Of a stretch of DNA of 64,000 bases, positions 12,560 through 25,211 are shown in pieces. Each line of letters starts with the position of its first letter. Positions within the stretch are counted from its first letter, which is position 1. The notes under the pieces were generated by a model. The model did not search any database and was not told the origin of the DNA. It saw only the letters and a list, made by a program, of their open reading frames with translations. The stretch is from assembly GCA_051362555.1 (NCBI GenBank), contig CM120643.1:21146848-21210847 (forward strand), in the 5' to 3' direction. The position numbers and the translations under genes are program-made. This DNA comes from Lingula anatina (lineage: Eukaryota > Animalia > Brachiopoda).

Positions 12560-12852
12560 GATTCCCCCTATTCAGCAGAATGCGATCTGAGTCTAAGGGT
12601 ATCGCCAAAAATGCTCAGAATATCAGGTCAAATAGAACAGAAGGTGTGGCATCAACAATCACGCTGGCAGTAGGGTTCGTGGCGCTGGTGGTGGTGGTGA
12701 TAGTTGTCATGTGGAGAAGAGGAGCACGGGCTAGGGAGACATTAAAGGAGAAATTACAGAAATTCGAGCAGGAAATATCTGAGTTACGGGAAGACATAGC
12801 TAACAATGAGTTCAGCACAAATGACAGTGACTGCAACGAATCAATAGTGTAG
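12560..12852 (+). CDS. Collagen-like gene putative last exon: transmembrane helix + cytoplasmic coiled coil
   Basis: tttctctag| acceptor in phase 1, matching the upstream GC donor. Encodes hydrophobic VASTITLAVGFVALVVVVIVVMW, then basic RRGARAR and heptad LKEKLQKFEQEISELREDI; TAG at 12852. The joined CDS is 7101 nt, divisible by 3. Confidence 0.75.
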
Positions 12853-13565
12853 CAAATTATTAACCATCCTACAGCCTCTGCAGGACTAATGCAACTGTTA
12901 CTGTGCCACTGTAAATGTTGTCACTAAGAAAAGAGCAGCTCACAGAAGACATTTCTCAGGGTATTTGGAAGTGCATCTCTGTTACATAGACATCGACAGA
13001 TTGATATGCTGTAAATGATCATGAGGACAATAACAAAAATATCAGGCAGCGTAGCACAAACATAATATTCAGAAAAATACTCGGATGTAAATATTCTCAG
13101 GTAAACTTTAAGTATATAACTGAACGCACTATGGTCATGCCGTTTCAGTAAATAAATCTATTCATTATTTAAACCAAGTTTTTACCACTTGTTTAGAAAC
13201 TATAGAAATTTAATTCTGCTTATGTGAGTTTCAATATGCTCTCTCAGTTTGTAATTTTTTCATCAGTTCAGACGTTAGCCAAAAGCTCAGATATAAGTGC
13301 GACAAAAAATCAATTTACGCGCATAAGTTTGGAAAAGGATATGGTATGACCTCATCACTTCGTAAAATCGACTTCGTTTGAATATAATTTGGAAATATAT
13401 GCATAAAATTTATGAAATTATAAACATTGTTTTACGCCATACAGGACGTTTCTACGGTGCTGTTCTCGTCTCAAATTAAAGTAACGTTACGAATAAAACA
13501 ATTATTGCATTATGTTTATACATGCACAGATATGCATATAATTGCTAGCAAGCCTAACATAATCA

Positions 13566-13602
<37 letters not shown>

Positions 13603-13959
13603 TGAGCCAGAGCATGCATGCATGCCGAAGTGAAAGTGTCTCCGTTTATGTACAGCCATGACGATTTGTTTAACTGTGCTGAAATGAGTCAGTTATGGTT
13701 AGAGGTTCCATATAACCTCCTGCTGTAAACACTATGGGCTGGAATTCCAAGCAAAAGAGAGAGGTTGTAAATAGAATTTTACAGGCCACAAATGCTAATC
13801 ATAAAATTAACAACCACAGAGCAACCTGTTGTCGCATAAGCTAGAAGACTGCTTCTTAAAAAAAAACGTTTAAATTGTTATCTATAATAGTGGGGTGTGG
13901 TGAATTCGGAGAAAAAGTGCTCAATAGGATTGCGAAGTTTTAGGTGGTGCTGATATCTA

Positions 13960-14198
13960 CACACACTGGACAATAGAAGTGTCACCCCTACTGAACCAAT
14001 ACTTTGGGGGAAATAAATGACTGTGGAATGATATGCTCCTGGTATCATTTTATTAACATCAAATTTCTCAAGAGAAACGATTCTGACTGAGCAATTCAAA
14101 TGTATCGATATTCTGACATTGCTTATATTCCGCCTCTTCAGGCTAATAACTTCGATTACTCTGATTCAGGGGGTGACACTTCTATTGTCCAGTGTGTG
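13960..14198. mobile_element. MITE with ~29-bp TIRs and TA flanks (Tc1/mariner-type)
   Basis: ta|cacacactggacaatagaagtgtcacccc ... ggggtgacacttctattgtccagtgtgtg|ta. Confidence 0.85.
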
Positions 14199-17100
14199 TA
14201 CTTGTACCTAACATTCCGGAGAGAGATACACTTCCCCACGCAGTTCCTCAAACTGTTTTACTGACTCAGAAAATGTGTTTTGGTCGAAAAATATGTCGAG
14301 GCTGAAACATGCGTATTCAAGTTTTTCGCGGGTTGCAAAATGTGTTTGACTGGAAAATGCAGCTCTTCATTGGGTTAGAAATGCGTAGCCTCACATGCAA
14401 CGTGATAACAATCTTCAATCTTAGATCTACCCCGGTAGTATGTTGATGTGTCAGCTTAATTTGATATTTCCTTTGCTTAATTTTGTCAAAGGTCTTACCT
14501 CATGTTATGAAGGGCTTTGTAAGAATCATGGTTAACTCATTAGCCTATTTTACTTAAGGACTAAGCAGCTGAAATAAGCATTTTACACTGAATTAATGAC
14601 CTTTTGATCCTTCAGCTATTGGTAATGTTGAATGTATAGAGTAGTTTTATGTAAATACATAGCACACAGTTATTATACCACAAATGTCACATGTCGGTCA
14701 CGTTATCATGCACGTACAGTGTAGGCCTACCTTGATCCTGGTAGAAAAAATGCCATAAATAATCTCAGAGTTCAAGGTCGTAGGGAAATATTAAAGGAAC
14801 GCACAAATAGATAGGGTGTGAGAACTATGCTTGAACATGTCGATTTCTAAAAGATGTTTATGTTAATATGTTCAATAAGATATACCTGACAAATAAAAGT
14901 GCTTTTAGCGGGAGTCGGAGTCCTCCTTTTTTTTAACTGTATCTTGGGTCTCCACGTCGGACATGCTAGTAAATTTTTCACGAAATGTAGTTCCATCCAC
15001 CATGACACCTACATGTACAGTATATTATTTTGGGCTCGGAAAATTGTGAGTTCTAAAATTGTAACCTTATTCCTTCCATACTAACAAGTACATGTATATA
15101 TGTATGTTCTCATAATTATTTCACAAAAATGGCAACACTAGTACTGTCTGCTATTTGCTTACAAAAAAGAAGCAAAACGCTTTGGACTGTGCATAAGCCT
15201 ATATACCGGTAAATACTATTTGCTGACTGCAACTTCATGAATATGAGTGATTTGTTTTCCGAATTTAACGACAGGTGTATCGGGGAGAAACAGACATTTT
15301 ACATACCTCGGGGCTCAACACATAAACGACACGTAGCAAATACACATTCATATGGATCTGTTTTATTTCACAAAACAACGAAAGCTGAAAATTACACTGA
15401 GCAAAAAATGTTGAAAATATAATATATAAGCAGACGATGCTATTTACGAGGAATCTTAGAGCAATTTACCGCGGCGTCCTTTGTCTTTGCCTTTTTTAAA
15501 ACAAAACTTTGTCCTAAGAAAACATGATTGTTGTCAATGTTTTTGCTCTCACTGGTGACAAAAACATGTCGGATTGTCAACTGCATACATCACATGTACA
15601 TGTACTGCTGTGACCAATATTTGGTCCCTTGTGGTGAAGAGGCCGGGTGGAGACGTTAAAAAAGTAGGGCAGTTTGTGATATTCATTACGCTTGGTTACA
15701 GGTGTGGCGTGATAGACCCGTGCCGTGACGAAACCGTTCTGCACATGCGCATTGAGGGTAGATTGAAAGAAGGGACTTCCGGTATGACAATATCGTCGTA
15801 GGTATTTTTGGAACTATTGACCTTTCAATTCGTAATTCAGTGGTTTTTGCCATGAGAGAGTATGTATTTGATAATCTTACAATAAACTCCACGGAGGAAT
15901 GTTGGAAAAGTTTTATATAAACACCAAAGGAAGCGTGTGACACAGCCCTTATTACTGAGATTGTGATCGTGACTGAACTGTTTTGCTCTGTGATGAGGTT
16001 GTAGTAAGACTCGTAGTATAAATGTTTTCACACTACAATGTTCTTTCAGTTTAGAGTTCAGTAATTGTTGTCGAGAGAAAGTGTGTGTTTGACAACAATA
16101 TAACTTCCTCTATGGGGAAATGTTGGAAATACATATGTAGCTACGTGCTGTAAGTCAACTTTGTCAGTGTCGTGAATGTGACTGCGTTTGCATAAAGTCG
16201 TCGTAAGACTCGTATGAATGCTCATTATATAATGTTAGATATGTTCACAGGTGTGTTACACGTCCAAAGTGAGAAGGTCGATGCATTCCCAACAGTCCAC
16301 CTTCAAGTCAGTTTTTTTAATATCATAAAGCTTTAACACATTTATTTTATTTCATTGTTCAGATTGATTGCCAGAAGAAAATAGCTTAAAATTATAGTGT
16401 GTGTTTGTGTGTATTATGATGATTACTTGTTGTATTTGTTCTATATTTTCACATCACCAAATAAACATTTTGTATTTTGTATCATATACTGTGTTCTTTT
16501 TTAATTTTGCTAATCTTAAACATTAGCACATTTTAAAATTTCTAGAAAACCACATAGGAATGCCCTTAGGATCAGGACACTATAAAGCTAGCTTTTTTTT
16601 ACTAAACCTTTTCATGTGTTAGCTTTACGGTGTATCGCTGATGTGTGCTATATATGAAATCGAGAACTTAAATCTAGAACCTAGGGTACATGGAAATAGT
16701 GCCATCAAAAACTTGAAAAAAAATATAAAAAAATAAGAAATATAACAATTACATTGAAGGATGTTTTATCAACGTCTGCTGGGAACAAAAGTCTAAAACA
16801 TTTTCTGAAATGTAAATTTATCCTTAACATATTGTTTCAAAAAGGTTGAAAACTGTACAAAATTGTGCGCAAAATTAAGAAAATTATGAAAACATTTGAA
16901 TGATGGCTGAAAAGAATTTTTGTTTTTGCTGATTTTGGCCACATTTTGTCATGTTGTAATATGTGTCAAAAAGATGTTTGGTCTATCTTTGGTTTGACCC
17001 TTGCCCTTGCTTTGATATATTCCTGTTTAGAAGTTATTATTATTATTATTATTATTATTTTTTTTTTTGAAAATATGTGAACATTTATCATTCGTGTTGT

Positions 17101-17894
17101 GATAAAGCAATGAGAAATATAACAATAAATTGAGTTTGATTTTTATACATTTTTTTTTTTTTTGCTGAGGATAATACTGGTTCTTTATATGTAAAATATG
17201 AAGACAACGAAGTTCACTTAATATTGCAATGATTACAAAACACATGACAAGTAACACGAAATGACTAGTTTTATATTGGTGGACATATACCATACATGAT
17301 CTCAAAAATTCATCCAAGTCTCAATTTGGCACTAGAATTGAATGGAAAAAACATTAAATTACATTTAATTGCGATTTTTGTTTGTATCAATAAATAGGGC
17401 CTACTTCTTAACTTTAAATCTCTATTTTTCAAATATATTCCTGAAGTTGGCATGGAAGTCAACTGAAAATTCTTTAAGGGATTTCTTAAATATCAACAAT
17501 CTGTGTACTCACAAGGCTACCCAGGTATGTTGGTTAAAAGTTCTCTCGTCTTAATTGTTTTAGGATCTGGTTGCTGTCTACGGTTACCGCAATAAACTAC
17601 TTCGGCAAGACAGACCAAAATATTATTAATATAAAGTAAAAAAAATGCATAAATAGTAGCTAAACAAAATTATACCTAACACTAACAGATAAACTTGACC
17701 CACAATACAAAGGACAAAATTTGAATGATCTCCTCTAGGTTCTTACAACAGCTGTAGTAGGGCCTAATTGGTGTATCTTGAGAACAATAACCAGGTAAGG
17801 TGTGATATATATATGTGGGGATCGGTACTGTACAGTGCCTCCAAATTGCGTAATAAAACCGGAGAACAATGGCCAGGTAAGCAGCATGACCAGC

Positions 17895-18005
17895 GGGGCA
17901 CGACGGTTTATTCACGACGACGGTTTATTCACGGACTGCTACCCCAGCGTGAATAATCCGTCAGAACGGTTTATTCACGACGACGGTTTCTTCACGTGAC
18001 ACCGG
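17895..18005. mobile_element. DNA-transposon end fragment with acggtttattcacg subterminal repeats
   Basis: Four near-copies of acggtttattcacg plus an inverted variant, ending cacgtgacaccgg. Confidence 0.45.
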
Positions 18006-21000
18006 CTTATCATCTCTCAGACCAATGCTAAACATTGCCGACTCCATGCAGTCAACTATCCGTCTACGGTAACACAAAATTTTGCTTACACCAGATATAC
18101 CTGTTGGGATAAAGTCCTTGCTGGATTTTCTGCCCTGAAGATATAATATCACAGTTCCCAGTTGCAAAACGGGGTTTTATTTACTCACAATATGCACAAT
18201 ACCATGTTCTACGATGTAATTAAGCACATCAATTCGCGTATGTCTGTGTTTAGCCAACTTTATTGCCGAAAAAGCAGTGCCTGTACTTGTGATGAATTTC
18301 ACATGGCAGAAGTTTGATTTATATAGAATCACTGATGTAAAAACACGCCCAGTTCCTACAGTTAGCAATAGTAAGGACGGAAAGAAACGGGACCTGTCCG
18401 GCATATCGAATAGGCTTAATTGGCAAATACATGCAATGGACGGCCCGAAGCTTTTTAACGCCTGTCACCATATTAAAGAGAACTAAAGGTACAGTTATGG
18501 GTTTCCAACTGATTCACCTGCCCTTCACAGATTTTATGTCTGTAGACTGTGCGTGTTCGGTTTGGGGTCCTGGGTCGATTGTGGAACTACAAATTGCAAA
18601 ATTAGCCTTGCTGTGTTTGCTTTGATATAGAGGAACCGGGATAGCCTATTTTGAACATCTGCGCAGCAGATGACGTCAAACGAGACCTGGATTGGAGCGA
18701 GATTTCACGAGAGGTGGGGTTAAAATCTGCCATTGAAACTTCTCTCGCGGTCAGGCACAAGTCTATATGTTTTAGGATTGCATTGAGTAAAATTTGGCGT
18801 TGTCATGTAATTTGAGATAGAGAAACGCAATGGCGAATTGCTAATGTTGTGTCGTAGGGTGCATTGCAGATAAAGTTAAGCAAGAAAACCAGGAAAATGA
18901 CTATGGATGACGGACACGACTGGCGAGAGAAGTGAAGTGAAGAAAGAGAAGTTGGGCTTGATTAGATTAAAAGGACTAATAATGCCGAAATATTTAAAGT
19001 ACAGATCAGGTCGCAGTATTTTGTAGAAAGAAAGGGACCAACTGCAGACAACTCGCACCCTGCACGTCACTGGCTCCATGGCATCACCGTACAGACCGTA
19101 TCATCAACGGTCGAGGGGCATATTAATAAGTAAGTTTTGTGTGTAGTTTACAGGACACCATGGTTTATTAATGTAATACAGCCCTAGTACTTGTGATTAA
19201 TAGTCTTTTACGGTAACTATATCAGACAAATTTGCTTGTACCATTCCTATCTCCATATAACGTGTACCTGATTATGAAATACTGGTGAACCTTCCACACC
19301 TATTAAGTATACACAATGTTCAGTTGTAACATTCCATGCCGGGTGGTCAGTTATGATAATTGCAATTTGCAAGTAAGGTGGAAATTAGAGTTGGTATTTT
19401 ACAACAACGTTTATCACATAATGATATATATTTCAGAAAACTAAGTGAGTTATTTTTTATTTATTTTAGAGCATGACAGACACAGCACATGTTATTGAAC
19501 CAGGCAAGAACTGCGAGAGTCATGTGGTCAGGATAACCAGATGTTGAAGATTGCTCAGTGTATATTAATCTCTTATGTCCTTAGTTATTATGTTGTTTAC
19601 TTAATTATATCAGGAGTCAACAGATGGCATTTTTTTCTGGGTGTCACTTACAGTATCAGGCATTTTCTTTATTACTTTAAAATGAAATATTTGGTTTTAT
19701 GAATATATATATGTATATAGGCCTATGTATTGTACTGCACTAGTGATTTAATGAAGAAAATTATTTTACTTGCTAGTATCATTCTTATGTTACTGTAGTG
19801 ACTTTTTTTAATAACTATATGACACCTGTTTTTCATATCATTTACTCAGATCAAAATACAAGTTCGCCTGTAATGTGTTTATTTGTTGCATTTGTGTATA
19901 ACTGTCAATAAAATGCAATGATTTTGTGAAAATTTCAACTTATATGTTGTCCATTTTAATACTTTCTTTTGTCATCTTTCCTGTCATTTAAGTCGGATCT
20001 GATCACAATGAAACTTACATTTTGTGAATGCTATCCATTAGTTTCTATAGCATCATTTTCATAAGTAAATAAATGAAGAAAATTAACTTAATGATCAAAC
20101 TCGAGCCTTCTGAATTAGTTACTATAAATTTAGTGAAATTAAATCAAAGATGCAGGCAAGTCTAATGTTCTGATATGGCATCCATCCAATGTGTAAGTTC
20201 AGCTATTTTTCAAGTAAAGAAATCGCTGCTCTACTTCCTTGTGGACTCCATATTCTATCCCCACCTCAAGGCAAATCTCGTAAAATCACGGGGAAACTTG
20301 GTCTTCTCGTTGAGAACCCGGACAGCCTCTATTGATGCAGAATTGTTTAGATCAAATGGCAACTAAAAATTAAAGCCTGACCGTTTCGTAAAGTTAATTA
20401 TATTTTAAGGGGGTGGGGTAAAATGTACATGTAACATATAAATAATAAACTCCCCCCTCCTTCGGTATCTGAAAAAAATATCACACCAATATTCCCCTCT
20501 AGAAATAAGGATTATGACTAGCTAAATCATAGTTCTAAACCATACCAAAGTTTGCCCTCCAAAACACCAAAAATTCTTCGGGGCCCTTGAGCTGGCCCCG
20601 AACCCCACACCAAGGGGGGCATGGTTGGCTTTGCATCCGAGGCTTGTTGTTTCGGACCCCCCCCCTTTCAAATAATCCTGGATCCGCCCCTGCATGTATA
20701 TGTAGTTTTAGACAGTTTAGTAGTAGTAGTCATCCATCCGACGGTTTAGTATACCCCCAAACCGATAATGAGGCAGTTTCATCCACCACAGGAAAAAAAT
20801 TGCACCGGGCTAATCTGTTGAAATGTACAAATACAATGGTGTGCAAAAGCAAATAAGTATAAAAAAGTTGGTATGACTTAATCTAACATCAACTATCTTT
20901 GCTGTTGCTATGATAAATGGTGTCCAAGTGAATTCCATGAAAGAAATATTAATCAAACGAACAAGTTAAGACTCTGCGAATGTTTAAAAGGCAATTAAAT

Positions 21001-21473
21001 GTCATGCTATTATATCAGCGTTTCTCAATTAATTCCGACCTGGATTATATGCAACTACCACCTCAAAGAAAAGTCATTTTTAATTTTTTCTCTGCTTACA
21101 GGTTTCAAAGGCATATGACACACAGTTATGGAAAATAACTAGTGCAGATTTAACAACAGGTGTATGGGGAATTAACGTATAACTGGAAAGTATACCTTTC
21201 GGCGTTGCTTCGTTGGCAGTACAATAAATATTAATATTAATTTCCTTTTAGGGAAATAAAATGTATATTATACATGTCACAGTCTTTTTAACGAACCTCT
21301 TTGCACAATTCTCTTACAATTTTATCAATTTGAACTGAATCAAAAATTTAATAATGCTAACTGCAACTGATGTTCAGATTTCAGTCCTTCCTGACGCTGG
21401 CCATGCTATGGCGTTTAAATGGGACCAAAAAGTCTTACTGCATCGTTTATTGATTTTGAGGACGTTTGATGAT

Positions 21474-21646
21474 CGTTTGTAACTTCATTAGTAGAAATTA
21501 TTTTAAAAAAAAGACAGGGAGAAAGAAAAAGAGAGTGAAGAAAAAACGCACAGACCATTTGCACGTTTGTAATTTCATTAGTGGAAATTATTTTAAAAAA
21601 AGACAGGGAGAAAGAAAAAGAGAGTGAAGAAAAAACGCACATACCA
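21474..21646. repeat. ~90-bp tandem duplication (2 copies)
   Basis: cgtttgtaa(c/t)ttcattagt...gagagtgaagaaaaaacgcaca repeated at 21474 and 21564. Confidence 0.85.
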
Positions 21647-23100
21647 GTTTCATGCATCAAAACAATAAAGCCCCTGTTACACCGGGCTTCCAACCGCTTT
21701 GATAACGAATTTGCCTACTGTTACCAACCCCTTAGTTGAGGCTTTGCCAATACTGGATAGACAACGTCGATTCCACTCATGCTAATGACTAAATATTGCA
21801 ACCTTTTAGTTTGTTACATATATGTGATAGCGGATCAACATTCGTTTTTCAAGTGGTTGCAAGCCCAGTGAAACAGGGAAACGAAGACTTTTATGGCAAC
21901 AAGATAAACATTCTAATATTACCAAGAGGCATTGATTTATGAAGTTTGATTTCCAGTTTGCGACACACGACAGCGGCGCAATTAGGCTTTTTACAGAATC
22001 CAGTGGTTAGTTTCAGATCGTTTTATCAAGCACGGCAACTTGTAATTAGATTTCTCGACTCCCCGCGGTGAAGTTTTTTCACTCTCGATCTTTTTGGCGA
22101 ATGAATTTTTCAAAATTATGTGCTCCTCTTTTTAGTAAAGAGGAAAACTGCAATGAAATTAATGGAAAATGCAAACTTGACAATGGGTGTCAAAGGAAAA
22201 CTCAACCTTCATACGATTGTATTTCTTAAATAAAATATATATGTTTACAGTTTTGAACAGGGCCTAGATTTTCAAATGAAAAATAATACATTGTCAGATT
22301 AAGTAAAAAATATATATTTTAAGATAAAATAATGTTCACTACACATTACCCACTTATTTGATATTTAATATATTTCAAAGATATACCTAGTTTCAAGAAA
22401 GATTAATACAAATAATCTCTGAAGTTTCAATGTTAAAACATTAAAAACACCTCCATACTAGTACACTCTATATTTTGTACTTAAATACAACAAATTACTC
22501 AAATATCAAACTTTATTGCAATTAACAGGCCTAAAAGATCTGCGCCTATTAATGTAAATGCAAAAGTCTGTTTATGCATATGAGTGAGAAATTCTGTGAA
22601 CTTTGGAAAAATTTGTCAAGCAGCAGCAAGAGATCCCAGTATCCTCTGGATATATTGCATACCTAAAATTGTTCAATTCTAAACAAATTGGTTGCAATCA
22701 GAAAGAATTTAAATATTTCCTGAGAAAATACTACTGTGGTTCCCTTTCAAGGTGTTCATATATCGTATGGTATATCTGCTACCATTGGTACAGGTACAGT
22801 AAGTAGTACCAGGGCTGCAGATTAATAATCTGCACTTTTCTCCAACGCGAGTGGAGAAATGTGCCATAAATAAGCCAGAGAAGTGTGAATGTATAGTGAA
22901 AAATCAATCTGTGGCCTTGATACAGTGTAGGTGTGTAGTTGATTAATGTCTATATAATGTATTTTAACCAAAAATATTACAGGCTAATTTGTGACCAGAC
23001 TTACACTGGAATGTTACCACCATAATAATCTCCAGTGATTACGCGATGCTCAATATGAGGGAATTTGAAAACAACTGTCATATAGTGAACACACACACAA

Positions 23101-23134
<34 letters not shown>

Positions 23135-23401
23135 AAAAAAGACATGACAATCGCAATCAAACGTGCCTGGTTTTGTCAGTCACAATTAACTTCAGGAATG
23201 AAGTCAAACCAATGTTAAAATGTCTGTTAATAAACGAGTTCTAAAGTGGGATTTAAAAATTTAAATAATTCGAATATCATACACCAGGTAGTTTAGACTG
23301 ACTGTCATCTCTAAAACCAAACCAATTCTCTTATTTCACTAGTTGTTCCCTAGTAGTCAATATAATGATGACTATCATGGGATAAAGCATAAAACTGATC
23401 A

Positions 23402-23872
23402 TTATAAATCTAGTTCACTCTGCCTGCTCATACAGCATCTTGTTCTCCTGGTGCCAGCTGGTGGCGCTGATGACACTCTGATTGTGTTCTGCTTCTCAAA
23501 CTGCTGCCCCTTGGACTTCAAATATAACACCCTGGCCATGTCTTCAAACATCTCTTTCACCCCCTGGCCCGTTTTGTTGGACGTCTTGTACTGTCCACTT
23601 AGCGCCTCATCCCCAAAATTCTGGACGAACATTTCAATGTCCTCGTCTGTGACACAGGACGACCCATGTACCTGCTCATCGCATTTGGTCCCACACAGGA
23701 AAAGGGTGTTTGTCTTGGAGTACATTTTTATTTCGTTTTGGAACTGAGAGAGAACACTGAGGGATCCTTTATCGCTGAGGCTGAAGCACAGTAGCCCGGC
23801 ATGGGCCCCCTTGTAGTAGCTGGCTGTGAGGCTCGATACCCTCTCCATGCCCCCTGTGTCCCACAAGGTTAA
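23402..23872 (-). CDS. Atypical Rab-like small GTPase, coding exon 2
   Basis: atgcag| acceptor, phase 0; LTLWDTGGMERVSSLTASYYKGA (G3), LCGTKCD (G4), YKTSNKTGQGV (G5), C-terminus RRTRCCMSRQSELDL*. Confidence 0.9.
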   Translation of the reverse strand, partial: LTLWDTGGMERVSSLTASYYKGAHAGLLCFSLSDKGSLSVLSQFQNEIKMYSKTNTLFLCGTKCDEQVHGSSCVTDEDIEMFVQNFGDEALSGQYKTSNKTGQGVKEMFEDMARVLYLKSKGQQFEKQNTIRVSSAPPAGTRRTRCCMSRQSELDL

Positions 23873-24070
23873 CTGCATGAATATGAAGAGGAATAAAATT
23901 AAATATAATGGTACAGAGATCCTATGATGGTTGCATCCACAAAGCAAAGTAAAAAAAAGGTCAGGAAGTTACAAAATCTCAGAGCACAAAGTTTATGTAC
24001 ATACATGTAGAACAAGATTCAAAATTATAAGATATGGCAGGATATTGTCTTTTCATCCTATTTCTAATCA

Positions 24071-25211
24071 GATAAGATAAGATAAGATAAGATAAGATAA
24101 GATAAGATAAGATAAGAGTTTATTTAGCCAATTATAAAAATCGGAAATCATTTTCCTTTTGGAGCAATATACAGAGTAAAATAGTAAAATAATACAATAA
24201 ATAAATAAATTAAGAATTTAGTTTTGAGTTCAAATTAAAATGCGTCACTGCACTTGGATAAAAGCTGTTTAAAAAGCGTTTACTGCCTTTAAAAGTTAAA
24301 AGTCTACTGTTGCTTGGTAAAAAAGTAAAAAGAGATGTTGCAGGATGGAAAGAGTCTTTCATGGTGTTGACAATTCTTTTCTCCATTCTGTCTTTAAAAA
24401 TATCATCCAGCTTGGGGAGATCCTGCCCAATAATCCTGCTTGCAGTTTTTACAACATTCGTTAATTTCTTCCTTTCCTCCCCAGCTGTTCCGCTATACCA
24501 TATTATAATTCCGTACGCTAGAATGCTTTCAATTACACACCTGTAAAAATTGCCTAAAATAGGCACGCTATCAGTAAAAGTTCTCAATGATCTTAAAAAA
24601 TACAGTCTTTGCCGTGCCTTCTTTACACTCTTTGCGGTGTTATCTTTCCAATTCAATTTACTGTTAAGGTGTATACCAAGTAGTTTAAATTCCTCTACTC
24701 TACTAACTTCAACATTACCAATGGTGAGTGGTACCTTTACATTCTGATTCCTTCTAAAATCCACTATCATTTCTTTGGTTTTAGCTACGTTCAAGATAAG
24801 ATCATTACTCTTGCACCAGCTTAACACCGACTCAACAGATTCTCTATATGTACTCTCGTTATTATCAGTAACTAGCCCCACAAGCGTAGTATCATCCGCA
24901 AATTTCATGAGAAAAGTCCCGTCGCTTACACCAGTACAATCATAGGTAAAAAGGGAGTAAAGACAAGGTGAAAGGACGCATCCCTGTGGTGCACCAGTAT
25001 TTAAGACTGTTGTTTTTGAGCTAAAAGAGCCGACTTTAACAGATTGTCTTCTATCTAAAAGAAAGTCTAAAATCCAGTCACAAATAAAAACAGGTAGCTT
25101 AAGATGGTTTAAAAGTTTCAGATATAGTTTTTTTGGCACAATTGTGTTAAAAGCTGAACTGTAGTCAATAAATAAAATCCTTGCATAAGAATTTTTGTTA
25201 TCTAAGTGTTG
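24071..25211 (-). mobile_element. Young 5'-truncated LINE (Rex1/Babar-like) in the Rab-like intron
   Basis: Open RT frame with [10 protein letters not shown] and KFADD, stop at 24210; (TCTTA)n 3' tail at 24071-24116; 6-bp TSD taatca at 24065-24070 and 25212-25217. Confidence 0.92.
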
